Shown here: in pieces, positions 25,201 through 37,700 of the stretch
Numbering within the stretch: the first letter of the stretch is position 1
How the letters are laid out: each line of letters begins with the position of its first letter
Assembly (NCBI RefSeq): GCF_026571515.1
Contig: NW_026852705.1
Location: forward strand, 62,001 to 126,000
DNA length: 64,000 nt
Origin: Ruditapes philippinarum
Taxonomy: Eukaryota
Direction of reading: 5' to 3'
Notes under the pieces: generated by a model
Told to the model about the DNA's origin: nothing
Database searches by the model: none
Seen by the model: only the letters and a program-made list of their open reading frames with translations
Program-made: the position numbers and the translations under genes

Positions 25201-25483
25201 GAGGCTGAAACTGTAGATCTTTAATTTTTCCTGTTACATATGTAAAGTCGGGGTCAAAACTTCTCGTCTCAAGCCAACTTCTTGACAATGGGATGCATTC
25301 CCCGGCAGTTGATATCTTTGCGCTTTCAATTTGTTCTCTGACTAACTTACGAACACATTGCAATGATTTATCTCCAGCACTCGATTCCGACACCGGTACA
25401 GTGTAGATATTAAGGTATTGTGCAATCAAACTGCCACTGCTTGTCAAAACAATTAGTAAGTTAAGCAACATAATTTCAAACAT
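22293..25483 (-). CDS. Secreted protein: signal peptide + small Cys-containing domain + degenerate galectin-like domain (paralog 1, 4 exons)
   Basis: Exons 25483-25199, 24187-24087, 23426-23234, 22433-22293; all introns GT-AG with phases 0/2/0. Internal exon sizes (101, 193) equal those of the paralog at 43210-46198. Galectin-like pattern LPGLLGVGSSVDV...NVALKV...DGVWQKD...MYLND. Confidence 0.85.
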
Positions 25484-26320
25484 TTCTGAACGAAGATGTT
25501 CTGAAAACTCGTTGCGAGCGATCTAGCAATATGCTATATAAAAATGCAATGTAATCTGTGACATTATCATATTTTTTATTTAATTATCAATTATTGAGAA
25601 AAAAAAACTTAAGTATGTCTCAACTGATAAATCAATAGGTGCTTACAGATGAAACCAATACAATTTTCAATAGATATAATTGCTTATTAAAATCTAATCG
25701 ATGCAAACTTAATTATTTTTAGATATTTGCTTAATATAATCGAAAAAAGTCTTTTCACTTCGTTTGAATTAAAATTTATTTTGTTAATAGTATGGTAGAC
25801 AAGATCAGCAATGAAAGGCGGAGTAACGCAACCCGCAAAATTTCATTATGGGATACTCAGCTAGTGTACATTGCGGGAAATTGTAAATACCAGAAAGTTG
25901 AAAAGCCATACAGAATTAATGTTTTAATAATTATATTAATTCACTTTGCTAATACGACAAGTTAAAGTGACATTATACTTACTTTTTTCACTGTCAAACT
26001 AAGATCAATTAATAAGTTGTTCATTCCAAAAGATAGTCTAAAATAATGGCGATTGGTAGTTAAAAAAATTTTCGGGATAAAATATAAAAACTACCTAAAA
26101 TAAAAAAGGACTGGCCCACTCTTACAAATTAATTAGGATGATAATTAATAACAACAGCAAACTCTTTATTTAATGAATGTAGCTTATAATGACAATACAA
26201 TAGTCATGTTGGCAAACATCAAAGCTTTATAAAAGATAACACATATAATTATAATACTTTATTTTTTTATTTATTTATTTATTTTGTTGGGTTTAATATC
26301 GCACCAACACAGTATATAGA

Positions 26321-26640
26321 AAATACATTGTTGATGTCGGGATGGAGAAGATTTATCCGGTGAGCGAGAAAGTGTATCTTTCACTTAATTTCGCAGCGAA
26401 CCGGATAAACCTTCTCCATACCGACATCAACCATGTATTTGATTTATCCTGCTTTTTATCATGTTTTTAGAATAATTAAATGGTTTCATTCTTACTTTTC
26501 CCCGATAAAATAGCATCTATACGTAGTTTTGTTTTGCTACTAAACACGTGACGTCATCATGTGACGTAATGACTGGAGATAGATAAGTTTATGCGGCAAG
26601 GCTTTATCCAGCTGATGATATAGACAGTAGCAGGATAAAA
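26321..26640. mobile_element. Small foldback element (120-bp hairpin plus second inverted repeat) interrupting a SINE fragment
   Basis: aaatacattgttgatgtcgggatggagaagatttatccggt pairs with accggataaaccttctccataccgacatcaaccatgtattt; tttatcctgct 26443 / agcaggataaa 26629; SINE sequence resumes at 26641. Confidence 0.6.
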
Positions 26641-27187
26641 GTCATATGACGACCTTCCAGTTTTATTGGTGAAAGAAGAGCTCAGGTGTCCCTCCGTACA
26701 TTATTTCAGGTATATATCAATTGATTAATTTGATTTTAACATGTTTCAAATATTCTTCATTTCAAATTAGTGTTGAAATAAACTGTATGTTTTTTCATTC
26801 GTTCATTTATTTGTTCACTATTTATTGTAATGCTTTAAAACACATATATATATATACTGTAAAGCTAAGACTAAAAATGGGGCCGATTTGGTAAAGGGCC
26901 GAAAGGTCCGGGCCGAAATATTTTGGGTAATTAGGACCGAAATGTCTTTGGGGCGAAATAACTCGAAATAGCCGAAGACGTTCCGATTGTTACAGATAGT
27001 AACTCTTCACAAAGAAGATAGGTGAATAGTACTCGGATTATTGGTATATATTTCGGCTACAATACAAATAATGAGTATTCACTACAGAATACATTTTTCT
27101 AAATGGTCAGAAGGATAACGTAGTAATTCCTTTTATGACCCTTTCTTTTATAAAACCGAAAAATCACTGTCTTTTTATAAAGGTATA

Positions 27188-28254
27188 CTGTCATAACTGT
27201 GCTCCTCTTAGTTTGTAAGAATAAGATAAGATAAGATAATCTTTAAAGTTTATTTATAGTCGGTTTCATAAAAACATATAAACATTAGCTATATAAGCTA
27301 TTTTCCGACATAACTGACTATCCTATAACAATTCAAACAAACAATCTGTATAAAAGAAAATATAATATGAAAAAGGCAAAGCCTCAAAGCGAGCTCGATG
27401 TACTTTTAACTGAAAAAGTATGAAATAATCGCTCATTTTTATTTCAAATGCAGTGACGAGTGCGTGTGACGTTACATGTACTGTGTTAAATATGGCTCCG
27501 CCCCTGTCGTTAAATGAATAACGAGTTTTGACAACGTTGATAAAACTTCGTTTATTTTATTTCACTCTATAATTTTTCAAGCGAAATAAAGATTATTAAA
27601 AGTGAAATAAATGTAAAACTTAAAACGTATGCGACATTAAAATAGCGTACTTGACTTGATTGTTTTGCACGTGCTGTTTGGCGCTACATTGTGACGTCAC
27701 GTAAACAATACTTTAAACGTCTGTACAGCGTTAACGACTGAATAAAAGATATTGGTGTTCGGATTCATTTTCTTAGTTAGACCATTTTCTTTCATTCTAG
27801 ATAGTTTTCAAAACAAAAAACGACAAAAAATTGTTTTTCTTTTATCAAATTTTTCAAACAAAATGGCGCCTTCAATTTTCATTTTACATTTCCATTTTAA
27901 AACTGTCATTCGATATTTTATCGACAGCTTCCGTTATTCTGGTTCCCTATCCAATTATTGTTCCCATAGACGTGCGCGGGTGACCAGTCTACACATCCGT
28001 TTTCAGTCAGAATTCCTCAGTTTTTATCGTTATCTTTAAATTCGAAGGTTGCGATGTGTCCAATTCGGTACTTTGGACGAAAGTTTTCAAAACCATCACT
28101 TAGCAGGTACTCGCGTTACCGTAAAGCTCGCTTTGCGAGCAGGCCCTTCGGGCCAGCTCGTCGAGCTCGCTATAAAAGTATTAAGTATTATTGTGGTAAC
28201 GATACTTAAATTAAGTATCGATACCACAAACTAAGAGGAGCACAGTTATGACAG
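27188..28254. mobile_element. Non-autonomous TIR element, 29-bp perfect TIR, flanked by TA
   Basis: ctgtcataactgtgctcctcttagtttgt (27188-27216) and its reverse complement (28226-28254); TA on both sides. Confidence 0.8.
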
Positions 28255-28768
28255 TAAGTCTTATGTTCACTTTGAAACAAGAAGCAAAACAAACAAGAAA
28301 CTTTAAAAACAAGAAATCATTACCGTCGGGGTAACTCGAGGATACAGATTTTGATGATGACATTATTTCGACACCATATCTTAATTGGGTTGATCATCTT
28401 TATAAATCATGTTAGAGCAGGTATCTAACATTCTATGTATTTTTTTTATTTCATGCCAATCACGATTTTTTTATTTAACCTATATTTACAAATAATGGCT
28501 AGCCCAGTATACAGGGACATTACTTTGATACAAGAGGTATAAACTTGAAACTTTGTAGGTAGATAGATATCATTGAGTTGATGTGCAGTGCACAAGAACT
28601 GTAACTCTTTCTTGTCTAATTTTTGAATTATTGCGCCCCTTGTATATTTTTCACTTTGGACTTTGTCCAGGACATAACTCTAAAACTATATGAGACATCA
28701 ACATAAAACTTTTAGTTAGATAGATTTCATTGAAGTGCAGTGCTAAAGAACCATTACTCTGTCTTACC

Positions 28769-29351
28769 CGGCGGCACGAAATACCCAAATATACCCAAAT
28801 ATAGCACTATTTATTTTTGTTTGTATAAAATATAAATTATAATGAGAAATAAATAAGCATTTATAAAATAATATGACTTAGCCTGCTATACTGTAACTTT
28901 TATTTATTCCGTTGAAATGGGCAGTTAAGATGTTGTAAGGAAATAAAGTTGTGGCATTTGCTTATCTACTATATAGGTTCTTTATGAATGTACTTGCAAT
29001 TTTAAATCAAGATATGGATATTGTATTTGTTGTCTTAACTAACATTTTTAAGGTGTAATTTTGTTGAAATTTCATATCATATACAAGTGTCCATGTTATT
29101 TTAAAAAAATAGCTTTAACGGAGTAGTCATATACAGTATTTTGGTTCAAAACACAATGATAGGAAAATGTATATTTGGGTATGTTTGATTATATCTTAGT
29201 GAAAGTGTATATTGTATTCATAATTAAAGCAGCACTTTTTTAGTATAAAACATTTACTTTTAGTATAATTTGGTAATATTTGGGTATATTTAGGCAATAT
29301 TTGGGTATATTTGGGCAATATTTGGGTGTATTTGGGTATTTTGTGCTGCCC
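28769..29351. mobile_element. MITE with 8-bp TSD GTCTTACC
   Basis: TIR ggcggcacgaaatacccaaata / tatttgggtattttgtgctgcc; gtcttacc at 28761-68 and 29352-59; subterminal tacccaaata repeats. Confidence 0.85.
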
Positions 29352-29696
29352 GTCTTACCTTATTTTGGAGTTATTGCCTTTTGTTCAGTTTTACACTTTG
29401 AACTTTGTCTGGGACATAACTCTAAAGCTACAAGAGGTATTGACATGAAACTTAATATGTAGATAGATCTCATTGGGTAGAAGTGCAGTGCAAAAAACCA
29501 TAACTCTGTCTTGTCTAATTTTGGAGTTATTGCCCTTTGTTTATTTTTACACTTTGAACTTTTTCAGGGACATAACTCTAAAACTATAAGAGATATCAAC
29601 ATGAAACTTTGTAGGTAAATAGATCTCATTGGGTAGAAGTGCAGTGCAAAAGAACCATAACTCTGTCTTGCCTAATTTTGGAGTTATTGCCCTTTG

Positions 29697-30818
29697 TTTT
29701 TATGCCACCGCAGCATCTGCCATGCGGTGGCATATAGCGATTCACCTGTGTGTTTGTTTGTGTGTGTGTGTGTGCGTTATATAGATTATATAGTGAACTT
29801 AAAAAATCTTCTTGTGAAAAACCACTAGTCCAATTTCAACTAAACTTGGCAGGATTGATCCTTGGGTGAAGGCCTTCCAAAGTTGTTCAAAGAATTTCAT
29901 TCCATGCAGAATTGTGGTTGCCATGGCAACCAAAAGGAATTATAAGAATAAATTTAAAAAATCTTCTTGTAAAGACCCAAAAGGCCTAGAGCTTAGATAT
30001 TTTGCATAAGGCATTGTCTGGTAGACCTCTACCAAGATTGTTCAAATTAAAACCCTGGGGTCCAAATCGGCCCCGCCCCGGGGGTCATTGATTTTCACTA
30101 TATGTACATATAGTAAAAACTTAAAATACCTTCTTGTCTGAAGGTACCAGGCTTAGAGGTTTGATATTTGGTATGTGTTATTATCTATAGGTACTCTACC
30201 AAAGTTGTTCAAATTTTGCCTCTAGTGTCAAAATTAGCCCTGCCTCGGGGGTCATAGGTTTTCCTCATATGTATATAGTAAAAACTTAAAAAATCATCTT
30301 CTCTAAATTAATTGACAAAGGCTAGAGGTTAGATATTTTGCATGAAACATTGTGTAGTGAACCTCTAGCAAGATAGAACAAATTATAGCCCTAGGGTCAA
30401 AATTGGCCCCACCCCCGGGGGTCATTGATTTTCACTATGTACATATAGTAAAAAATTAAAAAATCTTATTGTCTGAAGGTACAAGGCTTAGAGCTTTGAT
30501 ATTTGGTATATGATATCATCTATAGGTACTCTACCAAAGTTGTTCAAATTTTGCCTCTAGTGTCAAAACTAGCCCTGCCCCGGGGTCATAGGTTTTCCTT
30601 ACATTTATATAGTAAATTTTTACTTTAAAAAATCATCTTCTCGAATTGACAAAGGCTAGAGGTGAGACATTTTGCAGTAAACATTGTGTAGTGAACCTTA
30701 AGCAAGATTATTCAAATTAAAGCCCTGGGGTCAAAACAAAAAAAATGTGTTCCTACATTACTATTTTAGTGCTGTATTTATGCGGTGGCATAGCATTTTT
30801 TACAAATGCAATCTTGTT
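29697..30818 (+). mobile_element. Helentron-type non-autonomous element (HINE-like) with internal ~170-bp repeats
   Basis: Starts ttttatgccaccgca with a palindrome and (tg)n; ends tgcggtggcata + short hairpin + cttgtt; inserted in a T-run. Confidence 0.75.
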
Positions 30819-31809
30819 TCACTTTGAACTGTGTCCGGGACATAACTCTAAAACTATAAGAGATATCAACATGAAACTTTGTAGGCAGATAGATCTCATT
30901 GTGTTGAAGTACAGTGCTAAAGAACCAAGACATAACTCTAAAACAAAAAGAGATATCAACATGAAACTTTGTTAGGGAGATAGATCTCATTATTGAAAGA
31001 GCAGTGTTAAAGAACCATAACTCTACCTTGCCTAATTTTGGAGTTATTGCCCTTTGTTCATTTTTACACTTTGAACTTTGTCAGGGACTTAACTTTAAAA
31101 CTATAAGAGATATCAACATGAAACTTTATAAGCAGATAGATCTCACTTCAAGTTCAAGAGGCATACTTTCCTGTGTCCAAAACCTCCTCGGGGAGCATCA
31201 CACCGGTTCTTGCTTAAATGGGAACAGTAATTTTTTACCTGCAGCCATGGACAAATGCATAAGCTGTCAGAAAATGTATTATTTACTGATTTTGATGTCT
31301 GGTTAATAAGTTTAATTTGCTACAAGATTTAAGAATAGCAAGCACACATGATATCTTAACTGACTAGGAAGTTCCCTATCTCTGTTATCTATGTTTTTGC
31401 TCTTAGGCTCCTGTCTAATTTCTGATTTTATTTCATTTGGCTTTTGTTTTTAAATATTTTTTATGGAAAAAAGATTATGTGACCCAGCAGAAGTGACCTT
31501 TATGACCTTTAAGAAGCTATGCGCCTAAAATATATTTTGTACATGTAATTAACAGTTTAAATTGACTAATTATTCTAAAACCAGTAAGTGTAAGTGTATT
31601 ATACATTGTTGAGTACAGCACTGAATTTCATTGGATGAGAACACAGCTGCCAAACCAATAATGGCTGAGGCACTAACCTGATATACTTTTTTCAGCTGTG
31701 TAATTGAGTCTAATAGAATCAGTATTGTTCTCATAATAGTTTTCTGTATGGATAGCAACTTCTGTGCATATACATGATATAAATATGATGTAACATAATT
31801 TACATGAAT

Positions 31810-32250
31810 TATACCTCCAAAACAAAGTTTGGGGGGGTGTATATAGGAGTCACCAGGTGATCGGTCCAACGGTCCATTCCATTTTACTTGTCTGGTGCAG
31901 TAACTTTAAGACTAATGGTTTGAATTCAATATAACTTCATAAATGATCAAACACATGGAGAGGAAGTGCAGTACACAAGAACCATAACTCCATCTTGACT
32001 AATTACAGAGTTATTGCCCTTTGATACTTTCCTTGTCTGGAGCATAACTTGAAAACTACTGGTTGTAATTCAAAACAACTTCATACAATGGTCAAGCACA
32101 ATAAGAGGAAGTGCATTGCACAAAACCATAACTCTATCTGGACATATTACAGAGTAATTCAATAAAACTTAATCAATGGTTAACCACAGTGAAAGGAAAT
32201 GCAACATACAAGAACCACAACTATCTTTAATTGCCCACAACCATAACTCT
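31810..32250 (+). mobile_element. Truncated HINE-like element
   Basis: ttatacctcc..ggggtgtata palindromic start and repeated gaagtgcagt..caagaaccataactc units. Confidence 0.5.
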
Positions 32251-32882
32251 ATTTCAATTCTTCAACAAGGTATTCTGTTACTAGTAACTTCCAGGTCCTC
32301 ATCTCCAAAGCAGTCTTGCTTATCACATTTAGTGATAGCTCTAGTTAAATTTAATATTATAAAATTTATAATTATTAGATGTAAAAGAAGTTAATAAAAG
32401 TGTTACTTAGAGGGACATTTGCAAGTTTAATAGAATTTTTGTAAACAACCTTAATTTGTGCTTTTCATTTTGAAATGGCAAATAAGTTAAAGTCCATATC
32501 AAAAGAATCATACATATTAGCAAAAAGACCTGTCTATTTGAATTCATGAACAGTCAACAGAAAAAAAATTATTAAACAGGAATAATCTAAAATAAAGAAA
32601 AAATATTAACATATTTATGTTATGCATTCTTATTTATATTGTGGTAATTAAATTCATTCAACCAGTAAAACTTGCAATAAAGTCATCAATTTGACCTTTA
32701 TAACTTAAAAGTTGGTGTAATTTTAGATACAACCAGAATAAAGATTTTTAACAAGTAACAATTAAATTAAATAAAGTTATATTGTAGAGCCCCTCACACG
32801 TTTAATACGGTAGTTTATTGTCTCATCAATGTTAGAATATAAAATATGACAGTATACAAAAGTACATGATACACCAAAATGT

Positions 32883-34680
32883 TATGATATATAAATGCAT
32901 TTGTTTTTTTTCCTACACATGATATATAAATGCATTTTTTTCCCTACACATGATATATAAATGCATTTGTTGTTTTTTTTCCTACACATGATATATAAAT
33001 GCATTTGTTGTTTTTTCCCTACACATGATATATAAATGCATTTGTTGTTGTTTTTTTCCTACACATGATATATAAATGCAGTTGGTTTTTTTTCCCTACA
33101 CATGATATATAAATGCATTTGTTGTTGTTTTTTTCCTACACATGATATATAAATGCATTTGGGGTTTTTCCTACTTATGGTATATAAATGCATTTTATTT
33201 TCTACACATGATATATGAATGCATTTGGTTTTTTTCCTACACATGATATATAAATGCATTTGTTTTTTTCCTGCACATGATATATTAATGCATTTGTTGT
33301 TTTTTTCCTACTCATGATATATAAATGCATTTGTTTTTTTTTCCTACATATGATATATAAATGCATTTGGGTTTTTTCCTACACATGATATATAAATGCA
33401 TTTGTTTTTTTTCTACACATGATATATAAATGCATTTTTTTCCTACACATGATATATAAATGCATTTGTTTTTTTCCTACACATGATATATAAATGCATT
33501 TGTTGTTTTTTTCCTACACATGATATATAAATGCATTTGTTGTGTTTTTTTCCTACACATGATATATAAATGCAGTTGGTTTTTTTCCCTACACATGATG
33601 ATATAAATGCATTTGTTGTTGTTTTTTTCCTACACATGATATATAAATGCATTTGGGGTTTTTCCTACTTATGGTATATAAATGCATTTTTTTTCTACAC
33701 ATGATATATAAATGCATTTGGTTTTTTCCTACACATGATATATAAATGCATTTGTTTTTTTTTCTACACATGATATATAAATGCATTTGGGTTTTTTCCT
33801 ACACATGATATATAAATGCATTTTTTTTTCTACACATGATATATAAATGCATTTTTTTCCTACACATGATATATAAATGCATTTGTTGTTTTTTTCCTAC
33901 ACATGCTATATAAATGCATTTTTTGTTCCTACACATGATATATAAATGCATTTGTTTTTTTCCTACACATGATATATAAATGCATTTGTTGTTTTTTTCC
34001 TACACATGATATATAAATGCATTTGTTGTTTTTTTCCCTACACATGATATATAAATGCATTTGTTGTTGTTTTTTTCCTACACATGATATATAAATGCAG
34101 TTGTTTTTTTTTTCCTACACATGATATATAAATGCATTTGTTGTTGTTTTTTTCCTACACATGATATATAAATGCATTTGGGGTTTTTCCTACTTATGGT
34201 ATATAAATGCATTTTTTTTTTCTACACATGATATATAAATGCATTTGTTTTTTTTCCTACACATGATATATAAATGCATTTGTTTTTTTTCCTACACATG
34301 ATATATTAATGCATTTGTTGTTTTTTTCCTACTCATGATATATAAATGCATTTTTTTTTCCTACATATGATATATAAATGCATTTGGGTTTTTTCCTACA
34401 CATGATATATAAATGCATTTGTTTGTTTTTTTCTACACATGATATATAAATGCATTTTTTTTCCTACACATGATATATAAATGCATTTGGGTTTTTTCAT
34501 ACACATTATATATAAATGCATTTTTGTTCCTACACATGATATATAAATGCATTTGTTTTTTTCCTACACATGATATATAAATGCATTTGTTCTTTTTTTC
34601 CTACACATGCTATATAAATGCATAAGGGTTTTTTCCTACACATGATATATAAATGTATTTGGGTTTTTTTTCTTACACAA
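32883..34680. repeat. Minisatellite, ~33-42 bp unit cctacacatgatatataaatgcatttg(t)n
   Basis: Directly visible; unit length varies in the T-tract. Confidence 0.98.
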
Positions 34681-34714
34681 CCTTGATATTCTTACATTTG
34701 TATTTTTCTTTCAG

Positions 34715-37700
34715 AAATGACTATAGAAGTGAATAAAGACAACTGTGGGGGTAATTTGAACATAGATAATATATGGGTGCTTCACCTGAACTATTATGGT
34801 GCAAAACTAGGAATGGGCACTAGTAGACGAGCAAACTCTTGTCTGTTCAATATATCATCATATAACAGTAATCCTGCATTAGAGATATGTATTTTAAACT
34901 ATGACTACGAGTCATGGGATATAGCTTGTGGAAGTCTGAAGATATATATAGGCACATATCCTTTCTTTGATTTCCCAAGTGTGAGTGTCTTACCAAACTT
35001 ATATGTTTCATTTCTTTTATACATGTAACATGTAAGCAAACTTGCTCAAATAAGTATTTCTTTTATAACATGAAAGTAAACTTTCCTAAATTAATATGTA
35101 AACACTGGGTTATATCTTGGTAATTCTAGGCATGCTATTCCTTAATAATTTAAAAAGTCAATAACATATATACAAATGTACAAAGATAAAGTTCATAAAA
35201 TTCACTGTATTTTTCACATTTTACTTTTATTATATGTTGTAGATAAAATAACTTACACTTAATATCTGCATTGTTTAATCTAGTCCATCATTCATCTACT
35301 GACAGAATCAGTAATATTTTTAGCTCACCTGAGCACAAAGTGCTTAAGGTGAGCTTTTGTGATCACATTTTATTTTAAGCCGCGTCCATCAATGATTGTC
35401 TGTTAATGCGTCCATGCGTCCAGCGTCAACTTTTTTACAAACGACTTCTTCTAAGAAAACAACGGGCCAAATTTGATGAAATATTCCTGGGATGTTCCTT
35501 AGCATGAAGCTCTACTGAAATCGTTCGAATGGTTCTACTCCAGTGAGCATCTGGGTCAGAAGGGCTAAAAATAGTTTTTTAAGATAAAGTCTTTAATGAA
35601 CGCCCGGGGTTCATTGATTTTGATTATGAACATATAGTAAAATCTTTAAACAATCTTCTTTCTGAAGATACAAGGCCATGCGCTTTAATATTTGGTAAAT
35701 GGTATCATCTTTATGTCCTCTCTGACACAGCCCAAATATGGAAAAACCTTGTTAACACTCTAGAGACTATTTGTTTTGTTCCAAATATCCTGGAAATTGG
35801 TCAGAAAGGTTGTTTGTATGATTTCTAGCTCAACTTCAAATATAGTTCATCTGTGGTCAAAAACTAGGTCACACAGTCCAAATATGGGAGAATGTTGCTA
35901 ACACTATTTATGTCAAAATATCCTGGAAATTAGTCAGACAGGTTGATTAGATGGTTTCTAGGTCATGTTTGAATATGGATTATCTGGTGTGAAAAACCAG
36001 GTCACTAAACCCAAAACTATGGAAAAACATTGTTTACATTCTAGAAGTAATATTTTTCTCATACATAACCTGAAAATTTCAGAAAGGTTGTTTTAATGAT
36101 AACTTAAGCTCAACTTTGAACATGTGTCATGGAAAAACTTTATTTCCACTCAAGAGGTTACATTTTTAGCCCAAATATCCTGGAAATTGATCAGAAATGT
36201 TGTTTGTATGATTTCTAGTTCAGGTTTGAATATGGGTCATTTAAGGACAAAAAGGTCACAGCACATAAAAAGGCATACTTATATGGAAACACCTTATTAA
36301 CATTCGCACTACATGAATTTCAGGTATAGGGGATACAGATATGAATGTTATAATATCAATTTAAGTTTATGGCATTTTATTTGCCTTTCATTCATTGCTA
36401 ACAATATTTATTCAGAGCCTCAATAATCAGTTGAGCGATATAAGGGCCATCATGGCTTTCTTGTTAAGTCATTCTTGAACCACATAGTGCCTATTTTTTG
36501 GTTCCACAGGATTAATGATTAAATTTTAAACCATTTCAGATGCACCATTGTACGAGCTTTAGGCCGCTATGTACTAGTGAGAAGAAAGTGTTTTTTCAAT
36601 ACATGTATGACAGAGCTCTTCACATTATGAAAAAGGACATTAATATAAAGTTTGATATCTACTTACGAAAAAAATTAGGTAATGTTTATTAAGCTCGGCA
36701 TGTTTTGCAGAAAGTGTTCACAGAAAATGTAGAACTATTGACATGGCCCGCATGGGGGCGTTGTCTATATTTGGTTTCCAATAAGGTCATTAAAATCAAT
36801 TACTAATAATCTCTTTAGCCTATTACCAGTTTTATTATCCAGCGCTGAGAAAAGTACAGCATGCTGCCCCTTGGATAGCTGTTGTTTTTATTGGTCATAA
36901 AGTGTCCTCATCTAAAAGTTAGTCTTCTTGGAGAAATTACGCCTTGTGTAAGGATCAAACAATTGGTCCCTGGATAATTAGTTTGTTACTTGCCCTATTG
37001 AGCCAAAGGGATGGACTAGTACTATACAGTAAGCAAACAATGATTAGAACATTTGTATCATTTTAAGGACTATATACATAGTCATATTGCTGAATAATAT
37101 AGAAGAAGTTAAAATTTCTAAAAATCATAAAAAAATATATAAAAAATACATAATACATGTTTGTGTTTCAGAAACAACAACAAAATTAGTGTTGACTACT
37201 GGCTCACCATCTGTATCATCTTCTGGCAGAGGGAAGGCAGGTTTTAGTATTATATGGATCATTCTTATAATCATTGGAGGAGTCCTGGCGTTTATATTCT
37301 GTACAGCTTTTTGGTTCTATTGTTGTTGTTATAATGAAAACGAAGGTAAGATAACTATTGATTTTGTTTGTTTTACATGTTTCACACTTTCTCTGTTATT
37401 CTGATGAAGGATGGTGGGGGTACCAGATTATAATAACTCTATATTAAATGTAGCCAGTGAGAATGACCTGTTAATGCCACCTGTACAAGGTGAGGCTAAG
37501 CCTTATATATATTCATGAAGTCTTACTAGAAATCTACACGGTTGAGTTATTGATTTTAAACTTTTTAAATTGAAACCTATTAAGAAGAAAACAAAGGACT
37601 GAACCAATTATAAAGTAGGTAAAGCCCTTGATACAAATAGCTTACCACTTTTCTATAGTATAATTATGTACAGTATATAAAATTTATCTCCTGACCTTCC

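Larger units (their letters stand above)
28510..31146 (+). repeat. ~157-bp tandem-unit repeat hosting two nested insertions
   Basis: Recurrent ctttgaactttgtc..ggacataactctaaaactataagagatatcaacatgaaactt units at ~28655, 29396, 29552, 30821, 31069. Confidence 0.8.

Noticed and set aside
32883-34680. Regular repeats resembling a CRISPR array, and Cys-rich ORFs on the minus strand
   Set aside because: No unique spacers (only T-tract variation), eukaryotic context, no cas genes; the ORFs are translations of the satellite.
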